A stretch of 64,000 nucleotides of DNA from Scyliorhinus canicula (lineage: Eukaryota): positions 38,307,729 to 38,371,728 of the forward strand of contig NC_052158.1 in the NCBI RefSeq assembly GCF_902713615.1, given 5' to 3'. Shown piece by piece: positions 23,258 through 33,600 of this stretch; the stretch's first letter is position 1, and each line of letters starts with the position of its first letter. The notes under the pieces are model-generated. The model was given only the letters and a program-made list of their open reading frames with translations. It did no database searches and was not told the origin of the DNA. Position numbers and translations under genes: made by a program.

Positions 23258-23488
23258 TTTCTCTGATTTCTCAGCGCATACATTACTATGGGTATTGCAT
23301 CTGGCCATGGCAGGCCATTACACACTTTTGTTACTGCGTTTTTAATTATTCCATTCACTCGTTCCACCATCCCTGAGGATTGTGGCTGATATGGTATATG
23401 CAATTTCCAGTCAAATCCCATGGCTTTTGCGAGGGCTTTGGTCAATTTGCTAGTGAAATGAGTTCCCCTGTCTACGCATTGGTATTCC
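23258..23488 (-). pseudogene. pol: ERV integrase catalytic-core remnant
   Basis: GIP..DRGTHFTSKL...LHIPYQPQSSGMVERVNGIIK, which includes the second D and the E of the DDE triad. Confidence 0.9.
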
Positions 23489-24410
23489 AATCCCAGGATA
23501 TTTGTCCTTCAACACTTCAGTTGTCTGATTTTCCACTGGCTTATCAACCACAGTAGGCATCACTCCCACCTGCGATCCAGGTGTATCCTTACCCAGGATA
23601 AACTGTATTCCTGGACAAGATAGTTTCTCTATTACTCCTACTAATACTTCACCACTCTTTGCTGGACTTTCCAACCTTACCTTATATAATGGAACGCTAC
23701 TCCTCTCACCCTGAATTCCACATATTACCACCTTTTCTGGCAACATTCTTCCCAGACTACATAACTCCTCATCTCTCACCATCAAAGATTGACTAGCTCC
23801 CATAGCTCTTAAAATTGTGACTTCATTACCTGCTCCTCCTGATACACATGAGTAAACTTTACCCATACAAGTAAATTCTTTAAAAAGATCTGGTACCTTC
23901 TTATCAATCACCTCTTGATCAGGCTGTACAATCTTTTGCACCTCCTTCATTTCCCTTGGGCTTTCCTTTACCACTCTCACAAACCCCACTGTCTTATCCT
24001 GTTTTACCACACTGCTTTTCTTCAACCACCAACACTGATTTTACATGGCCTAGTTTATTACAGTGAAAACATTTGAAACTTTTCATTTCTTTTCCACCCT
24101 CCTGGATTTCTTTTTAAATCTGAGGTACACTCTCCTTATCATCTCCCATCAGATCACTTTTGCCTTTACCACTTGAGTATTTCTCATGTCCCCAGTCTCT
24201 ACCCCTCACAGGCTGAAACTGATGGCGGAAACCAAGCTTTGATTTATGAGCTAATTCATAATCATCTGCCATTTCTGCTGTTAATCTCACAGTTTTAACC
24301 CTCTGTTCTTCCACATGAGTTCTCACTACATCAGGAATTGAATTTTTAAACTCCTCCAAAAGTATAAATTCTCTGAGAGCTTCATACGTTTGGTCTATTT
24401 CCAAAGACCT
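23489..24410 (-). mobile_element. Gypsy (Gmr1-like) gag-protease fragment embedded in ERV pol
   Basis: SCAN/capsid-like YEALREFILLEEFKNSIP...TAEMADDY, zinc knuckle CFHCNKLGHVKSVC, and protease-like VTILRAMGASQSL (degenerate DTGA). No LTR or TSD. Confidence 0.8.
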
Positions 24411-26330
24411 TATCCACCTATCAGAATTGTCTTGATAGCAACCTGGTTTTAGCCAAGAGCGATGCTCCTGTGGGGAGGCTTGCTCCCGTGCCTCTTTTAA
24501 CTTTGGTTCTGTTATAGTGGATGGAAGTTCAACTGCAGTCACTTGCAGTTGTGGCTACTGTTTGAGAGCCACTTCCTTTGCTATTTTATCAGCAAATCTA
24601 TTGCCGCATGAGACTTCATTGTCTGCGGTAGTATGTGCTTCACACTTTTAAAATGGCTATCTTGCTGGAGAGCTGAACTGCATCTAGTAAATTTAAAACC
24701 AATTTAGCATGTTTAATAGGTTGGCCTGATGAAGTTATGAATCCCCTGTTTTTCCATAATTGGTCAAAATCATGTACTACCCCAAAAGCAGATCAGGAAT
24801 CAGTATAAATATTGACTGTTTTAATTTAACTGGAATTAGCTTTAGTAAGGGCAAACTATTCGGCCGCTTGAGCAGACGTTCCCGAAGGCAGAGCAAAAGC
24901 TTCCAATATCTCGAATGGAGTTACTATTGCATAGCCGGCCAGGAGGGTCATCTAATTTGGTTGGTTTGCTGACCCATTGGTGAGAAAGATGATGTCTGGA
25001 TTTTCTCGTGGGTGACTCAATAAATCAGGTCGAGGGGTTGTGGTGGCTTCAACCAATTGTAAACAGTCATGATCATACATATGTTCTGTTTCCAAGGGCG
25101 CGGGTAAGAATGTAGCAGGGTTGACAGCTGGCGCTCGCTTGTAGGTAAAGTCAGTTTTAGAGAGGATTACTCCGTACTCAGTATGTCGAGCCGCAGTAAA
25201 ATGCTACGTTGCGGATTAATTAAGCAGCAGCAAAACTGATAGCCTCCTTTTTCTACTATGGCTGCTGTGGCTGCTACTGCTCTGAAGCAATTTGGCATAC
25301 CCTTTACCACAGCACATAGGGCCACCGAATAATAGTTAAGGGGTCTTTTCCCTCCTCAATCCTCTTGCACCAGGACCCCTGTTGCAAATCTCCCTGCTTC
25401 ATTCACATAAAGAGTAAAGGGCTTGCTGAAAGTCCCACGGCAGAGGCGCTAATCATGGCTGGTTTAAATTATGAAATGCTTGCTCCCTCTCTGGTAATAA
25501 CTGAAGGGGCATCCTGTAGGGTAGCCTTGTGCAATACTGCGTCCATCTCTCCATCGTCCGTTATCCACTGCCTGCAATAGCCCACCATGCCGAGGAAGGT
25601 GAGGATTTCCTTTTTTGTACGCGGAGTTGGAACCCTTGCTACAGCCTGTATTCTTTCAGACCCAAGCCTCCACTGTCCTTGCTGAAGCTGAAATCCCAAA
25701 TACTGAACTGTCTCCTGGCAGAATTGCAGCTTCTCCATGGAGGCCCTATGCCCTCTTTTTGCCAGATGTGATAAGAACAAAAGGGTAGTCTGTTGACAAA
25801 CTAGCCCTCCCTCTGAGGCTATCAATAAATTGTCATCATATTGAGGGAATGTTGAGCCTGCAGACAACTGGCACTCGTCCAAGTCTCTTTTAATACTGTT
25901 AATTCCGACATGTAAAGTCAAATAGATGTTGACTTTCTGGGTTCAATGGAATGGAGAAAAAGGCTGAGAAAGTATCCGTTGTTGGTGGTATAGAAGACAA
26001 AATGATATTTGTGTCCGGCACCAATGGAACAATAGTGATAACAGTTTTATTGATGGTTCTAAGATCTTGCACAAACCACCACTCGTTGGGTCTTCCTACT
26101 TTTGGAATTGGGAGTATATGGGTGTTACATGGGCTTTGTGTTCTCTTCAGCACCCCTTGCTGTAATAGTGCATTGATCACTCCCCTTATCCCTTTTTCTG
26201 CTTCCGGTGCCAACCTGTATAGCTTTAAGCAGGGTGGGCAACGTTTTTCTGTAACTGCTCCAACGTGATTTTTATGTTGGGCCCACAGATGTTGCAGTAC
26301 CTGGGCCAGGACTGAAGGGAGTAAATGATG
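24411..26330 (-). pseudogene. pol: ERV reverse transcriptase, RNase H and linker (frameshifted)
   Basis: LW....HVG, SPCNTHILPIPK, FVQDLRTIN, AFFSIPL, QYDDNLLIA (degenerate YxDD), FLGMVGYCRQWI. RNase H: SAQAAE.FAL, NIYTDS, KCEAH, GNRFADKIAK. Confidence 0.92.
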
Positions 26331-26469
26331 GCTCTCTCGGGGAGGTTGTTGTCTTTCAAATGTAGCGGGACATTGCTCCTCTTTCCAGGTCACTTTACCC
26401 TCCTTTTTGCCATAAAATTCCATCAGGCAATTTCGTCCGTCCATTTCAATATAAATCCCATGTATTACT

Positions 26470-26900
26470 TTTTTTCTTTGGCCTCTTTGATCACTTCTCC
26501 TATTTGCTTTGCCTTAGCGGGATATCTTACGGCCAATGTTAAATGGGGTTCTGAAATTAAACCCATCCTAAAAAGGTCCCTCTGACTATGAACATTCCTA
26601 ATCCCACAACACTGAAAAATAAAAAGGAGTGATATGCAATGAGGTTTGCTTTCCTAAGTGACTGTGTTTGTAAATTGTATGCGTGCTCATCCTCACGAGC
26701 ATACCAAGCCGTGCAAAGAGTCACGAGAATCTCTCGGCTGGATTTATCAGGTGTTTTAATAGCTGTGCCCAAGGGTCATTAATCTTTTGTAAGACTTCCT
26801 GCAGTTGTTTAACGATGGTGCTGTAAGGGTTAATGCCCAGCTGCCAGCAATATAACACAGACACAGAGCGATCTGGCTCTTGGTCAGAAGCTATTATATT
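26470..26900 (-). pseudogene. 2H phosphoesterase-like (CNPase/PDE) domain between ERV protease and RT
   Basis: Second motif PHLTLAV (His codon 26543-26545) followed by AKAKQIG.VIK. First motif reconstructs as L-[H]-CTAWY, with a 1-nt frameshift at the expected His codon (about 26716). Confidence 0.6.
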
Positions 26901-26949
26901 CAACAACTGATGAGCTCATATCTGAGGCAGTTCTATAAACATGCCCTCC

Positions 26950-27301
26950 TTAGTGCAATGAATTATTGGCCCCAATTTGCAGAGGGTCTGTCTGCCAAGC
27001 AGAGGGAGGGGCGTAGTTTTTGAAATAATCATAGTATCGACCGGGGGATATCGTCAATTTCCAGGTTAGTCGGGCGTGATACTGGCTCAGTCATGGGAAT
27101 ACCGGCTATTCCCACAGTGACAACAGAGGACTCACCGGGGGTTATTTCCACGGAGGGGGGCACAGACGACATAATAGCTCCGGTATCGACCAGAAGGTCC
27201 ACATAATGATTTCCTATTTTAACCGTTGTCATAGGTTTGTCTCTTACTGAGTTGGACAATCTGATCATAGCCGCTTGTATCACCTTTTCTCCGTGGCACC
27301 C
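26950..27301 (-). pseudogene. pro: ERV aspartic protease
   Basis: VDLLVDTGAIMSSV and, after a frameshift, PLPLLGRQTLCKL. In frame with the gag TAG stop at 27302-27304. Confidence 0.9.
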
Positions 27302-30129
27302 CTATTGGCTTTGACTAGGGTTCGGATCAGTGTATGTAAAGGGAGGTGGGGGAGGGGCATGTCTCCGAGTGGGGCGCCTCCTTCCTGGGGGTTAAAGTTA
27401 CAATCACGAGCCCAATGACCCTTTGCCCCACATCTTCTACATTGATCCTGGGATCTATCCCTCCCTTGCCACTGTCCTCTGCCTCTACCCCTGCCTCTCT
27501 GCCCTCTGCTGGCCTGCTGACCCCAACCGTGCCCACTCTTTCCCTGGTAGAATTGCCCTGCAATTCTAGGCTTTTGATCTTTGTGGGCTATAAACAGTCC
27601 TTCCCGGTCCATGTTTATAAGACCATAAGACCATAAGACATAGGAGTGGAAGTAAGGCCATTCGGCCCATCGAGTCCACTCCGCCATTCAATCATGGCTG
27701 ATGGGCATTTCAACTCCACCTCCCAGCATTCTCCCCATAGCCCTTAATTCCTCGCGACATCAAGAATTTATCTATCTCTGCCTTGAAGCCATTTAGCGTC
27801 CCGGCCTCCACTGCACTCTGCGGCAATGAATTCCACAGGCCCACCACTCTCTGGCTGAAGAAATGTCTCCGCATTTCTGTTTTGAATTTACCCCCTCTAA
27901 TTCTAAGGCTGTGCCCACGGGTCCTCGACTCCTCGCCTAACGGAAACAGTTTCTTTGCGTCCATCCTTTCTAAGCCATGTATTATCTTGTAAGTTTCTAT
28001 TAGATCTCCCCTTAACCTTCTGAACTCCAATGAATACAATCCCAGGAACGCCAGCCGTTCCTCATATGCTAGACCCGCCATTCCAGGGATCATCCGTGTG
28101 AATCTCCGCTGGACACGCTCCAGTGCCAGTATGTCCTTCCTGAGATGTGGGGCCCAAAACTGGACACAGTACTCCAAATGGGGCCTAACCAGAGCCTTAT
28201 AAAGGCTCAGTAGCACATCGCTGCTTTTATATTCAAACCCTCTTGAGATAAATGACAACATAGCATTCGCTTTCTTAATCACGGATTCAACCTGCATGTT
28301 TACCTTTAGGGAATCCTCGACTAGCACTCCCAGATCCCTTTGTACTTTGGCATTATGAATTTTCTCACCGTTTAGAAAGTAGTCTATGCTTGGATTCTTT
28401 TTTCCAAAGTGCAAGACCTCACATTTTCTCACGTTGAAATGCATCAGCCATTTCCTGCACCACTCTCCCAAACTGTCTAGATCCTTCTGCAGCCTCCCCA
28501 CTTCCTCAGCACTACCTGCCTGACCACCTAACTTCGTATCATCAGCAAACTTCGCTAGAATGCCCCCAGTCCCTTCATCCAGATCATTAATATATATGGT
28601 GAACAGCTGCGGCCCCAACACTGAACCCTGTGGGACACCGCTGGTCACCGGCTGCCATTCCGAAAAAGAACCTTTTATCCCAACTCTCTGCCTTCTGTCA
28701 GACAGCCAATCCTCAACCCATGCCAGTAGCTCACCTCGAACACCATGGGCCCTCACCTTACTCAGCAGCCTCCTGTGTGGCACCTTATCAAAGGCCTTTT
28801 GGAAATCCAGATAGACCACATCCACTGGGTTTCCCTGGTCTAACCTACTTGTCACCTCCTCAAAGAATTCTAACAGGTTCGTCAGGCACGACCTCCCCTT
28901 ACTAAATCCATGTTGACTTGTTCTAATCCGACCCTGCTCTTCCAAGAAATTAGAAATCTCATCCTTAACGGTTATCAAGGAGGTAACCACTGCCATCCAT
29001 GGCTGTGTTTGCCAGGTGAGATTCATCAATTTGTAACTTTTTGCATGCTCTGGTAGCATGCAATTCAACAATGTCTGCACCACTAAAGGTCCATTGTCTT
29101 CCAATACAACACCGGCACTTTCTTCCCAACAGTTCTTAAATCTGGCCACAAATTCGGGCAGTCTCTCACCCTTTTCTGCAAACACCGTGTTACCTCGCCT
29201 ATGTCACTATGCTTCTTGGCCCCTTGCATGATAGCCTCTTTCCCTCTATTTGCTAATCAATGTTCGAGGGACTAATTTCCTTCATTTAAATGATTATCAT
29301 TATTGGGAACACAGCCCCCATTTATGCCGGGTGGGACCTAATCCCAAAGCTTCAAAGCTGACAAAGATGCACCATAAGAGTATTTTAGAAGCAGCAAAAC
29401 ATCCCCTGGGAGGGGGCTATAAATACTACACATTTAAGTCAATTTCCAATGATTGAATTTATAGGCATTAGCTATTCTTTGAGACATATATTTCTTCTTT
29501 GTCAATTCAGAAAAGATCAACTGTCTGCTGAAATGGTTAATGTTTCCTGCAGAATCTAAGGGGCGGAGAACTTGTCATGATGCTATTTACGTCTTTTCAC
29601 GTAATCTAAACACTTATTCATATTCAATTACTGTTATTCGTAAAGGCACTTTCTTTCTTTTAATCTCATCAAAAATCACTTAAGTTCTAATCTCTGACTC
29701 TGAGACACAAAGACAGACGATTAAAAAATAGAACCCACTTCATGCTTTGACTAAAATTGATTGGTTAAACAAAACGCACAGATTTTCACAGCTCACAAAT
29801 ATCACAGTTGACCGTTAGCCTTATCTCACGGCTACAGAAAATCTGAATTCCCTTTCTCTCCAGGAACTCAGCTATTACGTTTTTACCTTAATCTTCTATT
29901 TACTTTTACTCACGTTTTTTTTTAAAGGGTCAGCTTCATTAGATTCCTATGCGGGACATATAGGTTGTCCTACCTCATTTTGTTGCTTTACGATTGTTTC
30001 TCATCATTTTCTTACTCATTTTGACTCCCATATCTGTCCTCTTAAAGGAGTTCACCTTCTTTCTCGCTCCGGATATCTTTACTGAGGCTTCGGGGCGACC
30101 TGTGAGGGGGCGTCGAGTTTATTGCTCAT
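27302..30129 (-). pseudogene. gag: ERV gag (disrupted, split by a CR1)
   Basis: MHR-like KGERLPEFVARF, RG-rich NC, and a single CCHC knuckle CRRCGAKGHWARDC. Ends TAG GGG TGC. The ATG at 30129 is tentative. Confidence 0.8.
27619..28972 (-). mobile_element. Young 5'-truncated CR1 LINE inserted in ERV gag
   Basis: Stop-free RT C-terminal frame (DFQKAFDKVPH, FADDTK) and a (tcttatgg)n tail. TAT is duplicated at 27616-27618 and 28973-28975. Removing it restores gag VTSLI-NMDREG. Confidence 0.95.
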
Positions 30130-30485
30130 TATTCCTTCTGCAAAATACTTTAGAACATATACATAGCAATAACAACAACCACGGAAATCATTTACAAATA
30201 CTACAGGGAGCGCACATCGGTGTTTATCCTTTCACGAACCTCGAAGTCTTGTTTTTTTTTTTAATTTTAGTCTCTAAGGCACCTTTTTCTTCCCATGCAT
30301 TATCATTAATTTATTAACTAAGATATCGCTCCTTGCATGAGTCACTGGCCAGTAATTAAGGCTGCCGAGCCCCAGACCCCTCTTTCAGCTGGAGTCGCAC
30401 TATGGCTCTCTCCCTTTCAGCTGAGAGAGTCCTGTTTAGAGATTCGTTTTGGGGTTCACCTCCCGTTAAATTAGGGAAACTGCAA

Positions 30486-30496
30486 CGACTACGCCA
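30486..30496 (-). promoter_or_regulatory. Primer binding site, tRNA-Ser
   Basis: TGGCGTAGTCG, 2 nt from the LTR end. Complementary to the 3' end of vertebrate tRNA-Ser (...CGACUACGCCA). Only the first 11 nt match contiguously. Confidence 0.75.
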
Positions 30497-30595
30497 ATTG
30501 TTGAGGAAAAAATACCAGCACTTCGAGTTTTCGCCAAAGGTCCTTTATTTTAACACAAAGTTTATGGGGGGATTTAGAGTCACCAAAGTCCTTCT

Positions 30596-30686
30596 CATTG
30601 TAAGAAGTCTTACAACACCAGGTTAAAGTCCAACAGGTTTGTTTCAAACACGAGCTTTCGGAGCGCAGCTCCTTCCTCAGGTGAAT
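30596..30686 (-). mobile_element. 91-bp Penelope-terminal module inserted in the 5' LTR
   Basis: Absent from the 3' LTR. CTTCT is duplicated at 30591-30595 and 30687-30691. Matches 5170-5265 and 15800-15890. Confidence 0.85.
30649..30683 (-). ncRNA. Minimal hammerhead ribozyme motif, structurally intact
   Basis: CAC-CTGAGGA-A-GGAGC-TGC-GCTCC-GAA-AGCT-C-GTG. Stems I and II pair perfectly, the cores are conserved, stem III is the palindrome AGCT, and the putative cleavage triplet is CUC. Confidence 0.7.
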
Positions 30687-33600
30687 CTTCTAATTGTTCC
30701 CCACTGTACAAAGGCAAGGCAGTACTTTATATTGTTCAATAAGCAATATTTAGAAAAACAAGGCATTCCATTGATAAGCTCAGAGACAGAAAAGTGAGCA
30801 GCCTTAAACAACAGGCCTTGAATTTGTAGTCTACGAGCAATAACAATTGTCTGCTTTCAGCAACAACGTGCAGCTGTGCACTTGTTTACATGGACTGACC
30901 TTCTGCTGTTACATGCAGAACTTCTTGACTGAAATAAGGCTAATATATATCCATCATGCTTTGCCAAGTGCCTACTGCCATGAAATATAGTCAAGCAGAC
31001 GGTTAGAAAGAATACAGGGTATTAAGGCAACTAATCCGCCAAGTAAAGTCCCTTCTACAGCCTTCAACAAAAAGATATTGCGGGCCACAGCAGAATACAA
31101 GGAGAACAATCAGAACGGGGAGGTCTCAACCTAAAAGGGGAAATCATCACTTTCAAAGCACAAAGAGATAGGGAGGAAAGGGTGGCCAGGCAGCAGCTGG
31201 TCAACTCCAAACTGGAGGTTGACCGTAAATACTCCGAAGCCCCGACCGTAGAGCTCCTGGCGGAGAGGAAAGAGTTACAAAGGAACTTTGATCTGCTCTC
31301 CACCAAGAAAACAGTGCTTCAACTCCGCCAAGCATGTAGGACCCTATACGAACACGGAGACAAAGCCAGCCGCCTGCTGGCGCACCAGCTGAGAAAGCAG
31401 GCAGCCACCAGAGAAATTGCACAAATGAGGGATACTCGAGGCGCATTACAAACAGAGCCAGAAAAGATCAACAAGGCGTTCAGGGCCTTTTACCAAGGGC
31501 TGTACACCTCAGAGCGCCCAATGAGGGACACCGGGATGAAACAGTTCCTTGATGGACTGGACAAACTGGTCATGGAGAGGGCAGAAAACGGGGCCTGGAA
31601 GCACCACTAGCACTGGGAGAAATCATGGACAGCATTAGCTCCATGCAGGCGGGGAAGGCACCTGGACCAGACGGATCCCCAGCGGACTTCTACAAAACAT
31701 TTGCGACAGCACTGGCCCCGCAGCTGCGGGAGATGTTCACAGACTCGCTAGCTAGGGGCACACTGCCATCCACGCTAGCACAGGCCTCAATCTCGCTGAT
31801 ACCTAAGAAAGATAAAGACCCAACACAATGTGGGTCATACAGATCCATCTCACTGCTCAACGCAGATGCCAAAATACTTGCCAAGATTCCAGCCAAAAGG
31901 CTAGAAGACTGCGTGCCAGAGGTGGTCGCAGAAGGCTAGACGGGCTTTATCAAAGGTAGACAGCTTAACTCCAACGTCAGGTGCCTGCTGGACGTGATAA
32001 TGACCCCCTCCGGGGAGAGAACACCGGATGTGATCGTCTCCCTAGACGCAGAAAAGGCCTTCGACAGAGTCGAATGGAAATACCTCATAGAGGAAATGGA
32101 GCGGTTCGGGCTTGGAACAGGGTTCACCTGTGTAAAATTCCTATACAACGCTACCATGGCGAGTGTACGGACAAACAACACCAACTCCCGATACTTCCAG
32201 CTGCAGAGGGGCACAAGACAAGGATGCCCACTCTCCCCGCTGCTGTCAGCTCTGGCGTTCGAGCCACTAGCAATTGCGCTCAGAGCGGCAAAAAGCTGGA
32301 GGGAGATCCAAAGGGACGGCAGAGAGCACAGAATCTCACTCTATGCAGATGAACGGCTCCTCTACATCTCGGACCCACAAAGCAGCATGGACGGAATCAC
32401 CGTGCACCTGAAAGAGTTTGGCACCTTCTCGGGCTACAAACTCAACATGAGCAAAAGCGAGATCTTCCTGGTACACCCACAAGTAGGTGGGCCAGCACTA
32501 ACGGGACTGCCATTTAAACAAGCCCGACACAAATTCCGCTACCTGGGGATCCAAATAGCCCATGACTGAAAAGGGATCCACAAATGGAACCTCACCAGTC
32601 TTATAGAAGTAAAAAAGGACCTGCAAAGATGGAGCACACTCCCACTCTCCCTTGCGGGAACAGTCCAGAGACTCAAAATGAACGTACTGCCCAGGTTCCT
32701 CTTCCTATTCAGATCCATCCCAATCTCCTTCCACAAGGCCTTTTTCAAAGCATTAGACAAAATAATCATGGCGTTCGTATGGGGGGAGGGGGAAAGAATG
32801 CTAAGACCCCAAAGTAGGTCTTACAAAAAACAAAATCAAGAAGAGGACTAGCCCTCCCAAACCTACAACTCTACCACTGGGCGGCGACAGCCGAGCGAAT
32901 AAGCGGATGGATCAAGGAGCCAGGAGCTGAGTAGGTGCGCGCGGAAGAGGCCTCCTATAAGGGGACCTCCCTCCGGGCCTTCGCCACAGCGGCACTCCCA
33001 TCCCCACCCAGAAAGCACTCCAGCAGCCCGGTGGTGATAGCCACCCTCCAGTCCTGGAACCAACTACGGCAGCAATGTGGCCTGACCAAAATGTCGGACG
33101 AAGCTCCCATCTGTAACAACCATAGGTTCACACCAGCACTGAGTGACGCCACCTTCAAAAGGTGGAGACAGTACGAGGGGACACTGACAGTCAGGGACCT
33201 ATACACCGACGGCAGGGTCACAACATTGGATGAACTGATGGAGAAATTCCAGATAGCCAGGGGAACGAGCTAAGGTACCTGCAACTCAAAAGCTTCCTAC
33301 GAAAGGAGACAAGGACTTACACACAACCGCCATGACAGACATTACTGGCAGAGTTACTGGATGCAAGCATAATAGAGAGGAAACTGTAGCGACATGTACG
33401 ACCGACTGGTAGAAGGGGCCAACACCGTACTGGACGCAACAAGAATGAAATGGGAGGACCTGGGGATTGAGATAGGGTGGGGACTCTGGAGCGAAGCACT
33501 GCATAGGGTCACCTCCACCTGCGCAAGGCTCAGCCTGGTTCAACTAAAAGTGGTACATAGAGCCCACTTAACAAGAACTCTTATGAGTAGGTTCTTCCCG

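Larger units (their letters stand above)
23017..31059 (-). mobile_element. Defective epsilon-like (class I) endogenous retrovirus inserted in L1 ORF2
   Basis: 5-bp TSD GCCTT at 23012-23016 and 31060-31064. Two LTR copies begin tgttgaggaaaaaatacc. gag, pro, pol and IN remnants lie on the minus strand. Removing the element restores L1 ORF2 LADKAF-NKKIL. Confidence 0.95.
30499..31059 (-). mobile_element. ERV 5' LTR (about 465 bp plus a 91-bp insert and its 5-bp TSD)
   Basis: TGTAGAAG...CAACA termini on the minus strand, AATAAA about 45 nt from the 3' end, and the PBS directly follows. Confidence 0.92.

Noticed and set aside
27710-29185. 491-aa ORF fusing ERV capsid sequence to a CR1 RT
   Set aside because: A chance in-frame junction at a TSD-bounded CR1 insertion into an already broken gag. 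It has no proper start and lacks the RT N-terminus.
29994-30317. 107-aa hydrophobic plus-strand ORF in the ERV leader/gag region
   Set aside because: Antisense to an A-rich retroviral strand, which biases toward Phe/Leu/Ile. No evidence of an accessory gene.
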